NCBI RefSeq assembly: GCF_000181795.1 | Contig: NW_003526948.1 | Coordinates: forward strand, 2,099,141-2,119,140 | Direction of reading: 5' to 3' | DNA length: 20,000 bases | From: Trichinella spiralis | Lineage: Eukaryota | Part shown: positions 12,301-20,000 of the stretch, piece by piece | Position numbering within the stretch: position 1 is the first letter of the stretch | Layout: each line of letters opens with the position of its first letter | Translations under genes and position numbers: made by a program | Notes under the pieces: generated by a model | Database searches by the model: none | Told to the model about the DNA's origin: nothing | The model's input: the letters and a program-made list of their open reading frames with translations, nothing else

Positions 12301-14211
12301 CTGCGTTGCACAGAGCTTTAACTGCCGCTCAGATGGATTTGAGCTCATGGCATCACGGTTCTTCTTCGGAAGGGGTTTGCAGTCAAGTGAAATGCTGCGA
12401 ATGCAGTGGAACCACGATCAGCAACATATCCGGACCTGTTCCAAATCACGAACTGCTTGCTTCGGAACAAAAAGAGCGTGCCGTTTTTGAAAACATTATT
12501 CACAATATTGTTTTTGTCAGCAATCGTCACAAACGGCAGGTAATTGGTCCTTTGAATGTGGACGATGACACTTTTGACTTCACTTCTTTGAACAACATGA
12601 ACAGCGGTGGCAGGGCAGCTTACGCGGTTGCGTTCGGTGCCAATGGAGCTGTTATCAAACCGAACGTTGTCAACGTCACGGATACGAATTTTACAATAGA
12701 ACATTTGCACCACTTTACCATGTACGAAATCAAGATATGGGCATGTCAGAATCAGTCGGTTGCCGAAAACCATTGCAGCAGACGTGAAGTGGTTATTATG
12801 AAAAATACGATGTTAATCGAATCGAAAGACGCGATCAACGATTCCAGTGTACTGATTTACAACGCATCCGAAGCCACTCACGATCGTTTCATCTCTTGGA
12901 CACCGCCGATAGATCCGAATGGTGTGATTGTATCCTACGAAATGGAATATTTGAGAAACATGGACGGTGATGTTAAGCCAAAGCGAGATTGCATTACGCA
13001 AAATGATTTCATGGAAAAGTTGGGCTTTCTAATACAAGATCTTCCGCCGGGAAATTATTCATTTCGTATACGGGCATTGTCGTTGGCCCAACGGGGTCCT
13101 TGGACTTCGTATTTCGCCTTCATTATACCGGAAAGGGCCAAAGTGACCGAAACGACGGTCATTTTGATCGCGTTCGGTTGTTCGTTTTTTGCCATCATTT
13201 TCGGCGTTCTGCTTGTAATTGCCGTCTATCGACGAAAGTACAAGAAAAAATTGCCCGAATATTTGTTGAACGTCTTTTCGGCCAATCCTGAATACATAAG
13301 CCAGTTGGAAGTTTACAAGCCGGACGAGTGGGAATTGAAACGTGGCGACATTGAACTGTTGAAGGAAATCGGCCGGGGCACTTTTGGTACCGTCTACGCC
13401 GGCCGGGGCAGAAATGTTCGTTCGGTCCGGGGCGACACGTTCGGAGAATGTGCAGTGAAAACCGTCTCGGACAAGGCTTCCATTTATGACCGGTGGCATT
13501 TTCTCATCGAGGCGTCTGTGATGAAAAAATTCGACACCGCTTTCATTGTGAAATTATACGGCGTCGTTAGCGAAGGCCAGCCGGCGTTGGTGGTGATGGA
13601 AATGATGAGCAAAGGGAATTTGAAAGACTATCTTCGCTCCAGACGTCCCGGAGCTGAAGAGAACGTCCACAATTTGGTTCCACCGACCGAAGAAGAAATG
13701 TTCAATTATGCGGCCGAAATTGCCGACGGAATGGCCTATTTGGAGGCGATCAAATTTTGCCATCGTGACTTGGCCGCTCGCAATTGTATGGTATCTGTAG
13801 ATGGTTCTTGTAAAATTGGGGATTTCGGTATGGCGCGTGATGTGTACGTGAAAGATTATTATCGACCACAGGGTCGACGGCTGATGCCGGTCAGGTGGAT
13901 GGCACCAGAAGCGTTGAAAGATGCGAAATTTACGTCGAAGTCGGACATTTGGTCATACGGGGTGATTTTGTGGGAAATTGCCACGCTTGCCAATCAGCCG
14001 TACGCGGGTCTGGCGAATGAAGAAGTAATGCGGCTGGTGGTGGATCATCGAAAAATTATGGAAAAGCCCAAAGACTGTCCCAAGCGTATGTACGATTTGA
14101 TGCTACTCTGCTGGAAATACGATCCTAAAGATCGACCGTTGTTCTCAGAATTGGCCGCATCTCTGTACGACGATCTTCCTAGTCAATTTAAAAGTGTACG
14201 TCATATATAAG

Positions 14212-14260
<49 letters not shown>

Positions 14261-14671
14261 ATTTGTATTTGTATTTGTATTTTTACATTTCAGATTTCCT
14301 TTTGCGGTAAGAATGGTATCAAAGGTACTCGAATATCGAGACGAGCAGCCTGTGGTGCTGGTGATCCGTTCTTGCAGTGCAGTTCTTCACAGGGTCATTC
14401 ACGTCATTTACGGGATGGTGGTGGTGGTCGTTCGGACAGGCGGCCCAGGTTGACCATTGGAATTGGCGGGACGATGTCCGTTTCGGCAGTGGATCATCAC
14501 AAAGCACCGCTTTGTAAGAACAACCGAGTACCTCAAGCGAAAATTGGCTCGGCTCAGAGTTGGATGAAACGATCCTCACCGACCAGGCGTGATCGTCGTC
14601 TCGCATCATCTGTTGATCCTCGTGAAGGTAACGGTGCACTGTTGAATGGACATGCGACTTCGGTCGATTGA
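5418..14671 (+). CDS. daf-2: Insulin/IGF-1 receptor tyrosine kinase (DAF-2/InR orthologue), spliced: join(5418-5514,9536-9749,9813-10069,10170-10280,10359-10540,10637-10832,10897-10989,11060-11207,11304-11521,11613-11796,11866-12026,12085-14195,14294-14671), 1449 aa
   Basis: All introns are GT..AG with matching phases, and the exons total 4350 nt (1450 codons). InsR-family hallmarks occur in order: CGGFDIRN, CTVIEG, GLESLGALFPNLRIIRG, Cys-rich CCHRRCVGGC, L2 (FHNNPNLC), FnIII (LKPYTLY, WEPPLLPNG), alphaCT FENIIHNIVFV, furin site RHKR, TM, NPEY, GRGTFG, CAVK, HRDLAARN, DFG, YxxxYY activation loop (DVYVKDYYR), MPVRWMAPE. Confidence 0.95.
6331..6356. repeat. (AC)13 microsatellite in daf-2 intron 1
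   Basis: Visible directly. Confidence 0.9.
8475..8545. repeat. Compound (CAA)(CAG)(TAG)(TGG) trinucleotide microsatellite in intron 1
   Basis: Visible directly. Confidence 0.85.
9536..9749 (+). CDS. daf-2: daf-2 exon 2: L1 domain N-terminal half
   Basis: TTCTAG acceptor and GTAAGT donor. Encodes CGGFDIRN...CTVIEGDVRLILM...PNLREITGSVLVFQV. Confidence 0.93.
9813..10069 (+). CDS. daf-2: daf-2 exon 3: L1 domain C-terminal half
   Basis: TGCAG acceptor and GTATGG donor. Encodes GLESLGALFPNLRIIRG...NYALVLFQN...GGVRIVNNGELCYVNTILWS. Confidence 0.93.
10170..10280 (+). CDS. daf-2: daf-2 exon 4: furin-like Cys-rich region start
   Basis: TTTTGCAG acceptor and GTAATA donor. Encodes CSEKC...ACWNGENCQ. 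Confidence 0.9.
   Translation, partial: CYARKNVLIQPMTLFVPSTQIQKVRRKLVGMEKIVN
10359..10540 (+). CDS. daf-2: daf-2 exon 5: Cys-rich region
   Basis: TTTAG acceptor and GTGATG donor. Encodes CPAEC...CCHRRCVGGC...CYACR...CLDKCPKGLYE. Confidence 0.9.
10637..10832 (+). CDS. daf-2: daf-2 exon 6: Cys-rich region end
   Basis: Poly-T...ATTAG acceptor and GTGATT donor. Encodes RRCINQEEC...CVLKCPTGY...CVLCQGVCLK. Confidence 0.9.
10897..10989 (+). CDS. daf-2: daf-2 exon 7: L2 domain start
   Basis: TTGCAG acceptor and GTAGGT donor. Encodes CFGGDVRSLAEAAQFKGCNIVLGPLDI. Confidence 0.88.
11060..11207 (+). CDS. daf-2: daf-2 exon 8: L2 domain
   Basis: TTTTTAAAG acceptor and GTAAGT donor. Encodes LEEYLGDIREITHYLKV...SLNMLKNLRIIRG. 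Hand-translated; too short for the ORF track. Confidence 0.9.
11304..11521 (+). CDS. daf-2: daf-2 exon 9: L2 domain end
   Basis: TTTTCAG acceptor and GTATGT donor. Encodes YALSVFENEHLSKLW...FHNNPNLC...SNGNKAVC. Confidence 0.93.
11613..11796 (+). CDS. daf-2: daf-2 exon 10: FnIII-1 N-terminal part
   Basis: CTTAG acceptor and GTAATT donor. Encodes CEE...LRW...DHRMFLGYQLYYR...NVSIVENRDACHDS, including the conserved inter-subunit Cys. Confidence 0.92.
11866..12026 (+). CDS. daf-2: daf-2 exon 11: FnIII-1 C-terminal part
   Basis: TTTCAG acceptor and GTAAGC donor. Encodes W...LKPYTLYAFYITTLM...GGISKVVYVRT. Confidence 0.92.
12085..14195 (+). CDS. daf-2: daf-2 exon 12 (2111 nt): FnIII-2, insert domain/alphaCT, furin site (12525-12536), FnIII-3, TM (13158-13229), NPEY (13284-13295), complete tyrosine kinase
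   Basis: Bulk of the 744-aa ORF 11976..14210. TTTTGCAG acceptor ends at 12084 and the GTACGT donor starts at 14196. All catalytic kinase motifs are intact. Confidence 0.96.
14214..14280. repeat. (AT)21 followed by (TTGTAT)4 within the last daf-2 intron
   Basis: Visible directly. Confidence 0.9.
14294..14671 (+). CDS. daf-2: daf-2 exon 13: C-terminal tail
   Basis: TTTCAG acceptor in phase 0 gives PSQFKS|ISF, matching the InsR post-kinase 'F..VSF' motif. The frame stays open (includes ORF 14372..14671) to TGA. Confidence 0.75.
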   Translation: MSFCGKNGIKGTRISRRAACGAGDPFLQCSSSQGHSRHLRDGGGGRSDRRPRLTIGIGGTMSVSAVDHHKAPLCKNNRVPQAKIGSAQSWMKRSSPTRRDRRLASSVDPREGNGALLNGHATSVD

Positions 14672-15922
14672 CAGACAACATCAACGACGTTGAACGAATG
14701 ATGCATTGAAAAGTCATCAGTTACTCATGTAAAGCGCAGGTTTATTTCTTGTCATATTTATCATCCACCCATACAGAGATGAAATGATGTTCATGATTTT
14801 GATCCCAACACGTACGTATCCATCCCTGCCTATTATTTCCAACGTCGATATATCATCGATACTTGTTCAATGCAAGTGTGAGAAATTGTAATATTTTTTT
14901 TTCTTTCTATTTTTCTCTCAGCTTAACATCACTAAGTGTACAGCAGTGTTTGTGTGAAGAAGTGGGCATTTTTCTTATTCTTTTCGTCTAACGAACACCG
15001 TTTCAATTATCCAATCCCATTGTAATATAATGATCACAGCCAAATGCGTGGCAAATGAGAATGGATGGATGTAGAGAAGAATGGGACGAATAGAAATTTC
15101 AATTTTCTCACGCTCACGAACGTCGTAGTATCAACTGGCGAGCATCATTTTTTTTGACCAGCATCATTTGCAAATGTCATCATCCGTATCCGTATCCGTA
15201 TCCATATCTGTACCGCTCATTATTTTTCTTTTATCTACCTTCGTTACTGTTCAACTGGCAGGCAGACAGACAGGCACACTGATGATGAGGAAGGCATTGC
15301 TCAGAAAAGTTTTTTTTTCTTTCTTTTTTCATCTTTTATTTTCTCAATTATCACTACATCTGCTATTGGATTTTTTTATGATCTTATTTTTGACGCTTTT
15401 ACTATTTCCAGTTGTACGTCTTTTTTTTATTCCATTCTGTCTGTATTATATACTGCACTTCTGCTTTTTACGCTTTGTTTACGCTTTTTACATTAACGCA
15501 CCCTATCGGCGAACCTTGTATTATTATTATTATTATATTCTTTATACATAAACCATTTTATGCTTCTTTTCTTTTTTTTTTGTTATTCATTCGGTGCTTC
15601 ACTTTGCACAACAATGGAATTTTATCTCAGCTTCATAATTTCATGAAGTGAAGTGAAGTTTAGTTGTTCTTCTTTTTTTTTCAAACAATAATAGCAGTTG
15701 TATAATGACGGTTGTATAAAATATAGAAACGACTGTCAAATGAACTTTCTCTCAGTATTTTTTTTCTCCACTTCTCTCTTTATTCGCGATTGTCTGTTTT
15801 GCAATTCTAGTTCCAAAACGACATACCTTCTAGGCTCAACGAAAATTTGTACATAATTTTATTCAATTCATCATATTTATGTATATTTTAATTTATTCTT
15901 AACGCTGCTTTTTGCCCAAAAA

Positions 15923-16210
15923 AATAAACAACCGTTCGCATACATATTTTTATAAGTCTGCGTTTGTAATCGTGAACCAATTAACAAAATAACAAACATA
16001 TTTATTTCTTATTTATTTATTTATTTTAAATTCAAATTTTCAAAAACAATGCATCAAAAGATTTATTAAGCACTAACTAGTTTAATTGCAATTTTTACAA
16101 ATAATTCACTGAATTCTAGTTATATCCATATGCACAGCTTTATAAAGTAATGTTGTATTGTCGTTCAAAATTTTTTAACAACCTATTTTGATTGACTTTT
16201 CCAAAATAAA
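15923..16210 (+). terminator. Candidate daf-2 polyadenylation region (AATAAA at 15923 and 16205; overlapping ATTTA repeats ~16011-16024)
   Basis: Canonical hexamers at the end of a long T-rich 3'UTR-like stretch after the stop codon. Confidence 0.35.
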
Positions 16211-16339
16211 TTAATTCATTTTTCACTTTGTTTTCAATTCAAAAAAATTTAATAGCAATCAAATATACAAAAGCACATAGTTGAAAAATGGACAATAACG
16301 CTGCGTATTTCAACTTTTCGATAAATGTTTTATTGTACT

Positions 16340-16342
<3 letters not shown>

Positions 16343-16380
<38 letters not shown>
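16343..16380. repeat. (AT)19 microsatellite
   Basis: Visible directly. Confidence 0.9.
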
Positions 16381-16382
<2 letters not shown>

Positions 16383-17589
16383 GTACGTTGCGATTACGAA
16401 TTTCAAAAAACAGCTTTACGCCCTTTTTCAAGAAAAGCAAGTCTATAGCCCATGAAATTAGGCAATTTTCGAGGAAAAACTTGGAATTCCAAAATGAACT
16501 TTATGGTTATCGGTCGATCACAAATGATTAGAAAAGTACAACAAACTTATTCCCGTCGTTACTAGTTGCACAGTTCTCGATATATCCCAAAAAAAGTTGC
16601 TCGCTTAACGATGTATTGACATAGGCAAAGTGCCAAATTTAGAAGACCATCATTCCACGACAACTGAACGGATTTCGCACAAAACCTGCATTTCTTTTTT
16701 CAGATCAATGAAAAATGTACAGTAGCCATATTTATCAGCAGAAATGAAGAAAATAAAAATTTACATGCGAGGTCGTTTGCTTTATTGACATAATGGAAAT
16801 CATTTCAGTTTGAGGGCGTCCGTGGATGGTAGCTCAGCGTTTTGATTAGAAAATTGACTGAAGACAAACATTGAAGCCAAATACCAGATTTGATTTTTAT
16901 TCATTATTATTTTTTGGAATAATTTCTGAAAAATAATTTTTTAATCAACATCCAAAGAGCATGAACATCAAAAATGAGTAGACGGCGCATTTAGCAGTAA
17001 GTGGGAGCTTTTTCATTTTTAAGTCCTAATTAGTTAACAATATAATTGAGAATCGATATTGAGCATAATATCTCAACATATTGTATGAAGAATTCTCAAA
17101 ATCAGATAATAGGTGGCATAATAAACGCCAAATTTCCGTACAGTTAAGATTCATTAAATACACCTTGTACGCATTGTTTATCTATTATTAAAATATGGTC
17201 TTTCGAAAATCACCTTTGCAATAGCTAACATGTACTTTCAATTGACCATAAGCAAGCTTTTGCCCGCAAATTGTTCACTTAAAATTAGCTTTATTTCGCT
17301 ACTTGGTTTTCTGATTTAAGAAAATTTTCAAAAATACGTAGGTGTGTTTTGTCTAAATGAATTTTGCTTTGTTATGGCGTTTTTTGTCAGATAGTTTATA
17401 TTTTGACTGAATTGTAAATGTCAAGGTCATTTTTAAATTTTCAAATAGTCCTTTCCTTATTGATAGAATTTAGCAGTGCATTTCTTCTGCTCATATTATG
17501 GCTTAGGTTAGACTTCATCTTCAGCCAAAAGTTCTAACGCACTAAAAACCGGTTTCTAACGCTGCATTATGCAAATAAGGATCGTCACA

Positions 17590-20000
17590 ACGCTGCCTTA
17601 TCATCAGTAAGGGTGCGTTTGTTTGTTTAATTTACGTGGCAATTGGTAGCATCGTTGAACGTTCTCTGAGTTCATTACGGGCGTTAAGTAGCTGCTGAAG
17701 GCGGTTTCAGAATTACTGACAAGTATTCCATTTTTCTGCTTTTCATTTCCTTAATACTTTGTATACTCATTGTGTAAGCAATTATTTTTTAATTAGATAG
17801 CACTTAATGATTATATTTGTTGTAATTCTACTTTGTGATAAAGTGAGGATAGTTTTGATTTAATATCATTATTACAGGTTCAAAGAATGGAGCAAAGAAA
17901 ATGTGAAAACACGGACGGCACGAAGCAGAACAAGAGAAGGCAAGAGGTAAATGCCATTTCTTGTGAATCTGTGAAGCAGGGCTAAGGATACTTCGAAAGG
18001 GTGAAGTTATTCCTTAGTTTAATGAAATTATTCAAGTTTGTAGTATGTAGTATATGAGTGAGATATTTTTCACTGTAAAACTGTTCTTTTTGATTTTCAT
18101 ATTAAGATTAGGTGTGATTTCATCTTTAGAAAGATTGAAAATTAATTAACTTTATTTTCACTTTAAATTATTTTTTTCAAATTTCACAGCATCAGAGACA
18201 TTTGGTAAATTATATTTTTTGTTTGTTTAAGTTTGTTTGTCAGCACAAGCAGCGAGTGTGCTTACATTTTAGTGAAAACATTTTGCGATGAGTTCCATTT
18301 ATGTAGGTCATTCGCTGTGCTTGAGGTTTCAATTTTCCTAATTTCATAGCGTTCGATTAGAATTAATTCTTCGTCCAGAAAATTTTCCAATCAACTCAAA
18401 CCGGTTTCTATCGCTACAGTATGCAAATGAGGATCGCTTGAAAATTGCTTTATCATCAATCAGTAACGGTGCGCTTGTTTGTTTTACTTGCGTGGCAAGT
18501 AACAGCATTCTCAAACGTCAAACGTTCGCGTTAAGTAACTACTGAAGTCGGTTTTTAATTGTTGAAGGTATTTAAAGTTTTCTCGTTCTTACTTTTTTTC
18601 GAAACTCTCTATATATAATCATTTTGTTAAGGTTATCTTTAATTGAAAATCAGTTATTTCTTTCATTTCCAAATTCTTTGTTCAATTTTTTAATTCCACT
18701 GTGTAATAAAGTGCGAAAAGTTTTGATTTAACATTTACCATTCTTACAGATATGATCAATGAAGAAAAGAAGTGAAAACGCGGACGACACGAAGCAGNNN
18801 NNNNNNNACGCTGCCTTATCATCAGTAAGGGTGCGTTTGTTTGTTTAATAAGCGGCAATTGGTAGCATCGTTGAACGTTCTCTGAGTTCATTACGGGCGT
18901 TAAGTAGCTGCTGAAGGCCGCTTCAGATTTACAGACAAGTATTCCACTTTTCTGCTTGTCATTTTTTTAAACTTTGTTTACTCATTTTGTAAACAATTAT
19001 TTTTAAATGAGATATAGCACTTAATTATTATATTTGTTGTAAATCTATTTTGTGATAAAGTGAGGATAGTTTTGATTTAATATCATTATTACAGGTTTAA
19101 AGAATGGAGCAAAGAAAATGTGAAAACACGGACGACACGAAACAGAACAAGAGAAGGCAAGAGGTAAATGCGATTTCTTGTGCATCTGTAAAGCAAGGCT
19201 AAGGATATTTCGAAAGGGTGAAGTTATTCCTTAGTTTAATGAAATTATTCAAGTTTGTAGTATGTAGTATATGAGTGAGATATTTTTCATTGTAAAACAG
19301 TTTTTTTTAATTTTCATATTCAGATTAGGTATGACTTCATCTTTAGAAAGATTGAAAATTAATTAACTTTTTTTCACTTTAAATTATATTTTCAAATTTC
19401 ACAGCATCAAAGACATTCGGTAAATTACGTTTTTTTTAGTTTGATTAACTTTGTTTGTCAGCATTGGCAGCGAGTGTGCTTATATTTTAGTGAAAAGATT
19501 TTGCGATGAGTTCCATTTATGTAGGTCATTCGCTGTGCTTGAGGTTTCAATTTTCCTAATTTCATAGCGTTCGATTAGAATTAATTCCTCGTCCAGAAAA
19601 TTTTCCAATCAACTCAAACCGGTTTCTAACGCTACAGTATGCAAATTAATATCGCTTGAAAATTGCTTTATCATCAATCAGTAACGGTGCGCTTGTTTGT
19701 TTTACTTGCGTGGCAAGTAACAGCATTGTCAAACGTCAAACGTTCGCGTTAAGTAACTACTGAAGTCGGTTTTTAATTGTTGAAAGTATTCAAACTTTTC
19801 TCGTTGTTATTTTTTTTTCGAAACTCTCTATATATAATCATTTTGTTAAGGTTATCTTTAATTGAAAATCAGTTACTTCTTTCCTTTCTAAATTATTTGT
19901 TCAGTTTTTTAATTCCACTGTGTAATAAAGTGCGAAAAGTTTTGATTTAACATTAACCATTCTTACAGATATGACCAATGAAGAAAAGAAGAAGTGAAAA
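17590..20000. repeat. Direct tandem repeat: 17590-18797 repeated at 18808-20000 (offset ~1218 across the gap). Each copy consists of two diverged ~850-870 bp monomer types (higher-order repeat).
   Basis: Near-identical sequence starts ACGCTGCCTTATCATCAGTAAGGGTGCG at both 17590 and 18808, with scattered substitutions. An internal diverged block CCGGTTTCTA.CGCT.CA.TATGCAAAT occurs at 17549, 18401 and 19619. Confidence 0.92.
18798..18807. other. Assembly gap (10 N) inside the tandem repeat
   Basis: Run of 10 Ns. Confidence 1.

Noticed and set aside
9532..14717. Minus-strand and alternate-frame ORFs overlapping the receptor exons (e.g. 9532..10080-, 12345..12773-, 13059..13499-, 14319..14717-)
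   Set aside because: Antisense shadows of the real coding exons with no recognisable motifs.
15168..15651. Hydrophobic ORFs resembling membrane proteins
   Set aside because: The T-rich 3'UTR-like low-complexity sequence yields Phe/Leu runs, and there is no gene structure.
16704..16845. Possible small exons after TTTTCAG acceptors (16703, 16808)
   Set aside because: Short frames with early stops, an intron of only ~37 nt and no recognisable product.
18421..18547. C/D snoRNA-like ATGAGGA...CTGA in the repeat block
   Set aside because: The C-box-like motif is not conserved in other copies (ATAAGGA, ATTAATA).
18545..18640. GTCGGTTTTTAATTGTTGAAG|GTATT as a possible spliced-leader RNA gene
   Set aside because: It superficially resembles an SL exon/donor, but AG|GT is not kept in the sister copy (GAAA|GT), the Sm site is unconvincing and no SL stem-loops are evident.
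18974..18996. Inverted pair of perfect FOXO sites TTGTTTAC-N7-GTAAACAA
   Set aside because: Present in only one repeat copy (both halves are altered in the copy near 17760), AT-rich and plausibly chance.
17549..20000. CRISPR array or autonomous transposon interpretation of the repeat
   Set aside because: Eukaryotic context, long units without unique spacers, and no transposase/RT ORF, terminal inverted repeats or target-site duplication visible.

Overview
AT-rich, microsatellite-rich eukaryotic DNA with short GT-AG introns and TTTCAG/TTGCAG acceptors. It looks like a nematode, most plausibly clade I such as Trichinella (inference from composition and gene style). The main content is one complete + strand insulin/IGF-1 receptor tyrosine kinase gene (daf-2/InR orthologue). 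I assembled it by hand into 13 phase-consistent coding exons (5418..14671, 4350 nt, 1449 aa): signal peptide, L1-CR-L2, three FnIII domains with insert domain, alphaCT and RHKR furin site, TM, NPEY and kinase. About 5.4 kb upstream is non-coding, with CpG-rich patches, a TCGCGT cluster and a uORF. The last ~2.5 kb is a higher-order tandem repeat: alternating diverged ~850-870 bp monomers interrupted by a 10-N gap. Each monomer carries a splice acceptor followed 9 nt later by an ATG opening a short charged-peptide ORF. The best leads are this possible micropeptide gene array, a strong in-frame cryptic donor right after the furin site (possible secreted decoy receptor), a tyrosine-free C-tail, and a candidate 24-nt micro-exon.
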